Assembly: GCA_046598045.1 (NCBI GenBank)
Contig: JBKJJJ010000024.1
Coordinates: forward strand, 1-38,907
Direction of reading: 5' to 3'
DNA length: 38,907 nt
DNA from: Candidatus Eiseniibacteriota bacterium
GTDB taxonomy: Bacteria; Eisenbacteria; RBG-16-71-46; DASYSL01
Shown: positions 17,784 to 25,051 of the stretch, one piece after another
Layout: every line of letters starts with the position of its first letter
Numbering within the stretch: the first letter of the stretch is position 1
Notes under the pieces: generated by a model
The model's input: the letters and a program-made list of their open reading frames with translations, nothing else
What the model was told of the DNA's origin: nothing
Database searches by the model: none
Position numbers and translations under genes: made by a program

Positions 17784-18979
17784 CGCGCGCTCCCGCTGGC
17801 GGCATAGCGCGGCAGTGCAACGCGGCGGGCCTCGAGCTCGGCGCCGAAGAACGCCCGGAAGTCCACGACGTGTGCGAGGTCGCCCGGCAGCTCGCGGCTC
17901 GAAAGCAGGAGCGCGCGCGACCCCGGCGCCTTTGGGTCATAGCCGTGCATCGCCGCGACAGGCGCGCTGCCCATGTACGACGGCACGAGCAGCCGCGCGT
18001 CGTCGAGCAGCCAGATCGCGTCCCCGTAGCGGCGGTCCGGGAAGTGGATGCCGAGGCGCTCCTCGTCGGCCCGCGTGAGGAAGCGGCCGGGCAGGCCCTG
18101 GAGCGCCGCCTGCAGGCGCTCGGCGGCGAGCGGGCCGCGGAACCAGAAGCGCGCCATGGTCGAGTCGTAGAACGCGTGGTAGTCGATGCCCGGCGTGAGG
18201 CCCGTGGCCAGAACGCGCGCCATCACGTCCACGTGTTCGACGACGTCGGTCATGCCATGGTCCGAGGTGAGGTAACACCAGGCTTCGCGCCCCCCGGCGC
18301 GGGCGGCCGAGAGCGCGCGCGTGACGGCGGCCTCGAGCCGGGCCAGCCGGTCGGAAACCTCCGGCGCGCGCGTGCCCCGGGCGTGCATGCGGGCGTCGAT
18401 CGCGGGGGTGTAGTAGAACAGCACGTCGACCGGTTCGCCCTCGCCCCGCCCGGCCGCCTCGGCCGCGGCCACGAACGCCCGCTCGTTCGCGTCGTCGTCG
18501 GTGCGCCAGTCCCATACGCGCACCCTCAGGCGCTGCGCCGCCATGTCGTCGAAGATCGTGCCGATGCCCGGCAGCGCCCCGGTCGCGAACAGCGGATCGC
18601 GCTCGCACACATCGAGCTCGGCGAGCGCGCCCCATGGCACCTCGTAGAGGTCGAAGTACCCGCGCACCTGTCCCTTGGCGCGCGCCTTGACCCACTGGCG
18701 CACGCGCCAGCTCCGGCGTGCGCGGCCGGGCAACAGCGCGATCCAGCGCGCGAGTCCGAACGGGCTCTTGAGGGGATCGCGGTGGAACATCACCCAGTGG
18801 CCATTCTCGGACGGCCACGTGCCTGAGAGCAGCGCGGGGATCGCGCCCGCGGAGAACCCGAGCACGGTGTCGAGCGGCTTGCGGTGCGGAAGCTCGGTCG
18901 ACAGGAAGGATGAATCCCCGACCCGGTCCCACCCCAGGGCATCGACCAGCACGACGACCATGAGGGGTGGGCGACTCAT
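17780..18979 (-). CDS. Alkaline phosphatase superfamily / nucleotide pyrophosphatase-phosphodiesterase-like protein
   Basis: ATG at 18979 in ATGA overlap; VVLVDALGW, TVLGFSAGAIP, DARMH, TSDHGM, MHGY metal-ligand motifs; no signal peptide. Confidence 0.85.
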   Translation of the reverse strand: MSRPPLMVVVLVDALGWDRVGDSSFLSTELPHRKPLDTVLGFSAGAIPALLSGTWPSENGHWVMFHRDPLKSPFGLARWIALLPGRARRSWRVRQWVKARAKGQVRGYFDLYEVPWGALAELDVCERDPLFATGALPGIGTIFDDMAAQRLRVRVWDWRTDDDANERAFVAAAEAAGRGEGEPVDVLFYYTPAIDARMHARGTRAPEVSDRLARLEAAVTRALSAARAGGREAWCYLTSDHGMTDVVEHVDVMARVLATGLTPGIDYHAFYDSTMARFWFRGPLAAERLQAALQGLPGRFLTRADEERLGIHFPDRRYGDAIWLLDDARLLVPSYMGSAPVAAMHGYDPKAPGSRALLLSSRELPGDLAHVVDFRAFFGAELEARRVALPRYAASGSAR

Positions 18980-20313
18980 GCTTCCTCCACGTGCGAGCGC
19001 GCGCCCGGCAAGGGATCGGATATCTCCCACGCCGTGCGCGCGCCGCCGTTCTCCAGGGTGTCCCACAACCGCACCGCGGCCTGCCGGCAGCGGTCCCAAT
19101 CCAGGTGATCCGGGCACTCGCCCGGAAAACGCTGTTCCATTGCCGGCCGCCAATCGGGAGCGCCCGGCGTGCCGGCGAACGCCCAGCCTCCCAAGAGGAC
19201 GGCCACGACCGAGGCCAGCTCGTGCTCGGGCGTGCCACCCAGGGCCAGCCTCAGCCGGGCCGGCCCGGACCGGAGCGCCCACGCCGCGCGTCCCTCGCGT
19301 TCGAGCGCGCGGACGGCGTGCGCGGTCTCCCACCAGCGCCTGAGACGACGACGCGGTCGGGCGCGGTGGGCCGCGTGCGCCGCCGCTTGCTCCAGCGATG
19401 GCGCCCCCGCAAGGCCGAACACCCGCGCGGCGACCGCGCGATAATACCCCACCCAGGCCCGCGCGCCGTCGCGCCATGCGCGGCGGCCCAGCGCCGTCAG
19501 GTCCCCGGCATCGGGGACCTGCAGCCGGAGCGCGATCGCGGCGGGGTCAGGAGCGAGCTTCATCGCGCCCCAGAACGCCGCGTTGGCCAAAAAGTCGGGC
19601 AGGACGGCGCGGAGCGTTTCGGACCGGCCCTCGACGGTCGTCCACCTCTCCAGCGCCGCCTGCCTCGCTTCTACCGTTACCGGACACTCGCCCTGCGCCA
19701 CGACGAACGCGAACGCGCCGTCGAGCTGGGCCTTGAGCCCCGCGTACATCGCCCGGAGCGCGATCAAAGGATCGTCCGGACCGGCGCCGCCGGGCCAGGC
19801 GAGGAGCAGTTCCGCGCCCCGATTCTCGAGCAGAACGAGCGCCTCTTCGGCCGGCACGTCCTTCTCCTCGAGGGCGGGAAATCCCGCCATCGCATCCTCC
19901 GCCCCCACGAGCACGCGCCCGCTCCGGCGGTACTCCAGCGTCCCCGGCCGCGGGCCCTGGCGGGCCAGGTCCGCCGGGGCGTAGAGCCCGAGATCGAACC
20001 CGCCTGCCAGCCCGCGCTCGCCGAGCCGCCGGCTCACTCCCACGCGCACCTCGCGCGCGATTCGCGCCGCCCGCTCCCGAGCGGCCCCGTCCGCCACCAC
20101 GACCGCGAGGTCGATGTCGGAGAGCGCGAGCGGGCCGTGGACTCCGCGCCACACCGTGCCCTCGCCCCGCGCCAGGCTGCCGCCCAGGATCACCGCCGTA
20201 ACCGGCCCGGCGGCCTCCTCGATGCGGAAGCGGGTCTCTTCGAGCGCGGCCTCCACGAACGTGGCGAGCAGCGCGTGGTCCTTCTCCTCGACTGCGTATC
20301 GCCCGTGATTCAT
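18976..20313 (-). CDS. Polymerase-beta-superfamily nucleotidyltransferase-domain protein
   Basis: ATG at 20313 with upstream GGAG; ILGGSLARGEG...LSDIDLAVV (hGS + DxD) followed by a helical C-terminal region. Confidence 0.68.
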   Translation of the reverse strand: MNHGRYAVEEKDHALLATFVEAALEETRFRIEEAAGPVTAVILGGSLARGEGTVWRGVHGPLALSDIDLAVVVADGAARERAARIAREVRVGVSRRLGERGLAGGFDLGLYAPADLARQGPRPGTLEYRRSGRVLVGAEDAMAGFPALEEKDVPAEEALVLLENRGAELLLAWPGGAGPDDPLIALRAMYAGLKAQLDGAFAFVVAQGECPVTVEARQAALERWTTVEGRSETLRAVLPDFLANAAFWGAMKLAPDPAAIALRLQVPDAGDLTALGRRAWRDGARAWVGYYRAVAARVFGLAGAPSLEQAAAHAAHRARPRRRLRRWWETAHAVRALEREGRAAWALRSGPARLRLALGGTPEHELASVVAVLLGGWAFAGTPGAPDWRPAMEQRFPGECPDHLDWDRCRQAAVRLWDTLENGGARTAWEISDPLPGARSHVEEA

Positions 20314-20481
20314 CCGCGTCTCTCCGCTTCCGAGGTCACCCGAGCCCGCCCGCCAACGCAAACGTCCGCTCTCCCGATATCGTGAGCCACGGGACGCGGA
20401 CGCGGATGGACCGGACGAGCCGGTGCGGGGTCGGGGGACGCGACCGGGCGGCTGACTTCGCCCGGCGAGCGCCACTCCTCG

Positions 20482-21360
20482 TCAGATACGCCGATAGATG
20501 AACTCCGGGATGTCGAGACGTCGCTTGTTCAGCACCGCGCCCAGCACCGGCACGCCGGCCTTGGCGCAGCGCTCCATCGCGCGCTGCACGACGCCGCGCT
20601 TGGTGCGCGCGGCCTCGATCACGATCAACGTGGTGTCCACGGTCGAACCGATGGTCGCCGTCTCCGGCGCCTCGATCACCGGCGCACCGTCCACGATCAC
20701 CCACTGGTAGTTGCGTCCGAACGCGGCCCAGAACTCGCGCAGCGCCTCGGGCGCGAACACGTGCGCCAGGTCGCCGCTCAGGGGCGCCTGCGTGAGCACG
20801 TGCAGGTTCGGTCGCTCGACCGACTGCACGTAGCGCCCCGCTTCGGCCGCCGCGCCGGCATCGCTCAGCTCCTTGAGGCCCGCCGACTCGGCGAGCCCGA
20901 AGAACAGCGCCAGCCCCGGGCGGCGCACATTCCCGTCGACCAGCAGCACGGCCTGCGTCGGATCCTGCGCGACCACGCGCGCGAAGTTCGCCGCCACCGT
21001 GGTCGTGCCCTCCCCCGCCACCGCGGCCGTGAACTGGAGGACGCGCGTCGCGCGGTCCGGCATCGCGGACTCGAGCGTGTGCCTCAGCCCGGCGAGCTCG
21101 CGGAAGAAGTCCTCGGGAATGTCCGGCAGCGCACCGCCGGCCTGGACCGGCGCGGGCATCGGCGCCGCCGGGGCGACGTGCGCCACCGGCACCGGTTCGG
21201 GTTCGTATCGGGCCGGCTCGACGTACACGGGCTCGGCATACGCCGCGCGCTCGACCAGGCGCGGCATGACCTCGCGCGGAGGAGCGTACGGGGTCGGCGG
21301 GGGCGCCAGGGGACGCGCGCCACCTTCGATCTTGGTCAGGGCTTCGCGAATACGACTCAT
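20482..21360 (-). CDS. CpsD/CapB-family tyrosine-kinase-like P-loop protein (degenerate Walker A)
   Basis: MSRIREAL N-terminus; GEGTTT, LLVDGN, VIVDGAP, LGAVLNK; follows the co-polymerase gene. Confidence 0.83.
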   Translation of the reverse strand: MSRIREALTKIEGGARPLAPPPTPYAPPREVMPRLVERAAYAEPVYVEPARYEPEPVPVAHVAPAAPMPAPVQAGGALPDIPEDFFRELAGLRHTLESAMPDRATRVLQFTAAVAGEGTTTVAANFARVVAQDPTQAVLLVDGNVRRPGLALFFGLAESAGLKELSDAGAAAEAGRYVQSVERPNLHVLTQAPLSGDLAHVFAPEALREFWAAFGRNYQWVIVDGAPVIEAPETATIGSTVDTTLIVIEAARTKRGVVQRAMERCAKAGVPVLGAVLNKRRLDIPEFIYRRI

Positions 21361-21394
21361 CGCCGCTCCAGGGTGCGGGGTCTCAGGTGCCTCA

Positions 21395-22774
21395 TCACGC
21401 GCGTCGCCTCTTCTGTTCGGTCAGCGTGGCCAACACGGGCAGTTCGAGCGCTTCCTCGGTCTCGCGCGGGTTCTTGAGCGTCGCGTCGAGGCCGTCGATG
21501 AAGAACGCCAGGCCGAGCCCCACGATCAGGCTGAAGATCGGCGCCAGCGCCAGCCGCACGAAGTCGCGCTGGTTCTTCGGGTACGGCTTGCTCGCCGGGG
21601 TCAGCAAGGCGACGTTCCAGTCCGGCGAGGTCGCCTTCTGGATCTTCGCCTGGCCGGCTGACGCTGAGAGCGCTTCGTAGCTCTTCTGCAGGGCTTCGAT
21701 TCGCGTGCCGAACTCGGACAGCCTCGCCGAGCGCTCGGGATACGAGGCGAGCCGGCCCTGGCCCTCGCTCATGGCCCGGGCGGTCTCGTTGCGACGCGCC
21801 TCGAGATTCGAGATCTCGGCCTGTGCCACGCGCACACGGTTCGCGACCTCGTTCGCGAGCATGCGCTGCAGGTCCTCGATCTCGGCGCGCTGTTGCGTCA
21901 ACTCGCTGCTCGTCGGCACGTAGATCGACTCCATCGACTTGAATCGTACGCGCGCATCGGCGAGATTCTTCTTGAGCCCCACGATCGTCACGTCCGCGCC
22001 ACGCGTTCCGTCGGGCGTGAACGGCAGGTCCTCCGCGCTGGTCGCGCCCGCGAGCAGGGCCTTCATCGAGCCCAGCGCGGCGCGCTTCTCGGCCAGGTCC
22101 TGGTCGATCTTCGCGAGTTCCATTCTCTGCGCGCGCACGAAGTCGGTCTCCTGCATGCCCTGGATGTTCAGGTCCACCGACTGGGTCTCGCGCTGGTACC
22201 GCTCCCGGCGCTCGGTCCAGTCGGTCAGTTCCTTGTTCACGCGGGCCAACTCGGTGTCGAAGAACTCCTTGGGGAACTGGAGCGTGTAGGCGGTCTTGCG
22301 ATAATCCATGTAGGCTTGGATCAGCGCGTCCGTCACCTCCTGCGCGACCTTCGGGTCCCGGCTCTCATACGACATCGCCAGCACGTTCGACTCGCCCAGC
22401 ACCTTCGAGTCGACGCGCATTGGATCGATGTGCGCGGTCGGTCGGCCCGATGCCGCGCGGTGCTGGTCGAGAATCACCTGCGCGCGCTCGACGATGACGC
22501 CCGATTTCACGGTCTCAACTTCGGAGGCGAGCTCCTCCTCCCAGGTCAGCGTGCGCATGCCGCCCTGCAGGATGTTGTCGCGCACGCCGCGCTTGACGAT
22601 CACCTTGCCGGTCGACTCGAAGTACAGCGGCTGGGTGAGGTTGATCGCCAGCACGGTCAGCGTGGTCACCGCGAACACCGAGCCGATGATCCAGCGCCGC
22701 CGGAACAGCACGGCAAGGAAGTCGCGGGCGCTGCCCTGTCCCGAGCGCGGGGCGATGGTTTCGTTCTGGTTCAT
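21395..22774 (-). CDS. Polysaccharide co-polymerase (Wzz/GumC/Wzc N-terminal type)
   Basis: ATG at 22774 in ATGA overlap; DFLAVLFRRRW + TM1, long coiled coil, PASKPYP + TM2 with GLGLAF, LELPVLA. Confidence 0.88.
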   Translation of the reverse strand: MNQNETIAPRSGQGSARDFLAVLFRRRWIIGSVFAVTTLTVLAINLTQPLYFESTGKVIVKRGVRDNILQGGMRTLTWEEELASEVETVKSGVIVERAQVILDQHRAASGRPTAHIDPMRVDSKVLGESNVLAMSYESRDPKVAQEVTDALIQAYMDYRKTAYTLQFPKEFFDTELARVNKELTDWTERRERYQRETQSVDLNIQGMQETDFVRAQRMELAKIDQDLAEKRAALGSMKALLAGATSAEDLPFTPDGTRGADVTIVGLKKNLADARVRFKSMESIYVPTSSELTQQRAEIEDLQRMLANEVANRVRVAQAEISNLEARRNETARAMSEGQGRLASYPERSARLSEFGTRIEALQKSYEALSASAGQAKIQKATSPDWNVALLTPASKPYPKNQRDFVRLALAPIFSLIVGLGLAFFIDGLDATLKNPRETEEALELPVLATLTEQKRRRA

Positions 22775-23625
22775 GGCCGGACCTGGTTGCTCTTCACGAA
22801 GACCTGATCGAGGTGGAAGACCTCCCACCCGTAGATGTAGCCCTGCGGAATCACGAGCAGCTTCTCGATGTGCTGCTCGACGAACTGGTCGATGCTCGCG
22901 ATCGTGCTCTTGGGCACGTAGACGATGTCGAAGCGGCGCACGTAGGGATCGGCGCCGGCCAGCCCATGCTTGATCGCGCGATTGACCTGCACCTTCTGGG
23001 CGACGAGGCTCTTCGGGCCCGTGCGCCGGAGCAGGACCACGTTGCCCAGGGCGGCGGCGTTGGTCGCTCCGCCGGCGCGGGCGATCGCCTGCAGTACGGT
23101 CGCGTTGGGCATGATCTCGTAGGATCCGGGGGCGTGAACCTCGCCCAACACGTGCACGAAGTTGCCGGCCAACTTGGTGACGGCGATCGTGATCTTCGGC
23201 TCGCGGAACACGCCCTCGTACTTCTTCTGGAGCAGGCTGTCGAGGTCGGCCGTGGTCAGACCGGCGGCGCGCACGTCCCCGATCTGGTTGAGCGTGATGA
23301 AGCCGTCGGGGCGCACGAGCAGGTTGTCGGAACGCAGGGGCTTGCCGTCGAGCGAGACGCCGAAGTCCACCGTCAGGTTGTCGCCCGGGGCGACGCGATA
23401 CGGCAGGTCGTCGACCGCGTACGCCAGCGACTCGGCCGCGGCAGGCTCCTTGGGGAGATCGGCCACCGGGACCTTGATGCGCTTCGCCTCGGCCGGGCGC
23501 GGTGCGAACAGTGCGCCGAGCGCAAGCGCAAGCGCCAGCAGTGCGAGCGCCACGGCGATCGGAGACACGGCGCGGGCCACGGCGGCGAGAACGCGCGGAC
23601 GATTATCGACGGGTTGGTGCTTCAT
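22771..23625 (-). CDS. wza: Polysaccharide export protein (OPX/Wza family; Poly_export + SLBB)
   Basis: YRVAPGDNL, VRPDGFITL..IGDVRAAGLT, VHVLGEVHAPG, DIVYVP; hydrophobic signal peptide; GGAGG upstream of ATG 23625. Confidence 0.88.
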   Translation of the reverse strand: MKHQPVDNRPRVLAAVARAVSPIAVALALLALALALGALFAPRPAEAKRIKVPVADLPKEPAAAESLAYAVDDLPYRVAPGDNLTVDFGVSLDGKPLRSDNLLVRPDGFITLNQIGDVRAAGLTTADLDSLLQKKYEGVFREPKITIAVTKLAGNFVHVLGEVHAPGSYEIMPNATVLQAIARAGGATNAAALGNVVLLRRTGPKSLVAQKVQVNRAIKHGLAGADPYVRRFDIVYVPKSTIASIDQFVEQHIEKLLVIPQGYIYGWEVFHLDQVFVKSNQVRP

Positions 23626-23709
23626 GCGTTCGACCGACCTCCACCTCGTGCGGACGTCCGGGTCCGGATGGATCAGGCGAGCCGGCCATGATCCCGGGCC
23701 CCCGCCCCC

Positions 23710-23759
23710 AACAAAAAAACCCCGAGTCGGCGCGTGAGCATGGGCGCCTTGACCCAGGG
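23710..23759 (-). terminator. Intrinsic terminator/attenuator upstream of wza
   Basis: Minus strand CCCTGGGTC-AA-GGCGC-loop-GCGCC-GACTCGGGG followed by TTTTTTTGTT. Confidence 0.72.
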
Positions 23760-23899
23760 TCGGGCAGGAATACCCAGGCGCCTCATCGCTCCGACCCACC
23801 AACGGTCCCCGGCAGGTGAAAGCGCGGGGGGCGTTGCCAAAATGGGTATCAGGTCCGGCTCAAACCTTGTTCAGTTCGGGGCCAAACCTCGATGCGATA

Positions 23900-24019
23900 G
23901 CAAGGTGCGCCTGGTCTTCCTCCGAGATCGCTTGACGTCGGGTGAGTCCGACGACCCCGCAACGCTACCGAACCTGCGTGGTCCATGTCAAGCGATTTGC
24001 CGCGTGGATTGCACCTTGC
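23900..24019. repeat. Nested inverted repeats
   Basis: GCAAGGTGC(23900-23908)/GCACCTTGC(24011-24019) enclosing ATCGCTTGAC(23927-23936)/GTCAAGCGAT(23987-23996), with an inner GTCGG/CCGAC hairpin. Confidence 0.75.
23962..23991 (-). promoter_or_regulatory. Putative sigma70 promoter facing the polysaccharide operon
   Basis: Minus strand TTGACA-N18-TAGCGT. Confidence 0.5.
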
Positions 24020-24069
24020 AAGCCCGCAACCCCCCTGGGACGGCTCTCACCGACCTCACGGGGATTCCA

Positions 24070-24085
24070 TGCAACCCATGTGCCA
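24070..24085 (-). promoter_or_regulatory. Sigma54 (-24/-12) promoter
   Basis: Minus strand TGGCACATGGGTTGCA is an exact match to TGGCAC-N5-TTGCA; intergenic and facing wza. Confidence 0.7.
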
Positions 24086-24094
24086 GAACGGAAC

Positions 24095-25039
24095 TTAGAT
24101 GCCCGCGAGGATGCCCTGCGCCAGCAACGGGACCAGGATCTCGTGGTGCCCGGTGAGCGCGAGCCCCTGCCCTCCGGCCCCGCGGGTCGGCCGCTCGAGT
24201 ACGTTGACCCGCGGCCGGTAGTGCTGGATCTGGTCGAGGTTCACGGTCGTGAGCCCGTCGAGCGAAGCGCCGAGGTTGACCGCAACGGTCAGCGCCTTGA
24301 GGAAGACCTCGGGCAGGATCACGGCCGAGCCGAGGTTGAGCACGGTCGCGCCCCTCGCCTCGAGCAGCGTGTGCGCGAACACGCGGAAGTCGCGCAGCGT
24401 GGTCTCCCCGAGCGCCGCGCCGTCGGCCGAAGGGTGCGCGTGGATCGTGTCCGTGCCGAGCGCGACGTGCACCGTCGCCGGGATCCCCGCTGCGTGCGCC
24501 GCGGCGAGCAGGCTGTGCCGCGCATGCGGCGCAGAGGCCCCGGCAAGCGCGCGACCGAGCGCCTCGCCCAGGCCCTCGCCGCGCGGGCGCCCCTCGGCGG
24601 CCGCCTGGTGGAAGAACTCCGGCGTCTCGCGCACCATGCCGAACGCGCCGGTCGCGAGGTTGCCCTCGACGTCCTCGCTGGTCTGCCCGAAGAGCGCGAT
24701 CTCGACGTCGTGGATCGCGCCCGCGCCGTGCAACGCGACATGGCGCACGATGCCCCGCTCGATCAAGGGGACCAGGTACGGCTGGACGCCGACCTTGATC
24801 ACGTGCGCGCCCAGCATGAGCACGACCGGTCGGCCTGCGCGATGGGTGGCGAGCACTGCCGCGATCGCCTGGCGAAGCACGCGCCCGGCGAGCACATCGG
24901 GGAGTCCCTCGATCACGCTCGCCGCCGCGCGTGGGTCTGCCGGCGGCTTGGCGAACTGCTCGACGGACACGCGCGTGGGCCGGTCGCGCACGGATAGGAG
25001 CGTGAGGCGCGACAGGTCGACCTCGGGAAACGGGACCAT
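24095..25039 (-). CDS. Conserved hypothetical protein, GSU2086-like (possible DHS-like fold)
   Basis: LGAHVIKVG, GAGAIHDVEIAL, TSEDV, GSAVILPEVFLKAL, HYRPRVNV, GHHEIL; family name from recall. Confidence 0.7.
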   Translation of the reverse strand: MVPFPEVDLSRLTLLSVRDRPTRVSVEQFAKPPADPRAAASVIEGLPDVLAGRVLRQAIAAVLATHRAGRPVVLMLGAHVIKVGVQPYLVPLIERGIVRHVALHGAGAIHDVEIALFGQTSEDVEGNLATGAFGMVRETPEFFHQAAAEGRPRGEGLGEALGRALAGASAPHARHSLLAAAHAAGIPATVHVALGTDTIHAHPSADGAALGETTLRDFRVFAHTLLEARGATVLNLGSAVILPEVFLKALTVAVNLGASLDGLTTVNLDQIQHYRPRVNVLERPTRGAGGQGLALTGHHEILVPLLAQGILAGI

Positions 25040-25051
25040 GGAGCTCGCTTT

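Noticed and set aside
20444..20465. Hairpin CCGGGCG/CGCCCGG after the kinase-like gene as a terminator
   Set aside because: No U-tract, and 7-bp GC stems arise easily by chance here
23962..23970. ops/JUMPstart-like CGGTAGCGT
   Set aside because: Lacks the leading GG of GGCGGTAG, is far from the start codon, and coincides with the putative -10 box
23849..23986. 45-codon minus-strand ORF in the wza leader (MDHAGSVALRG...)
   Set aside because: No Shine-Dalgarno, it overlaps the promoter-like elements, and has no distinctive composition
23960..24005. GGCAAA suggesting a c-di-GMP-I riboswitch, and nearby GCAC/GTGC suggesting c-di-GMP-II
   Set aside because: The GNRA loop/receptor and GCAAA junction are not found, and element order is wrong for class II; cmscan is needed to exclude them formally
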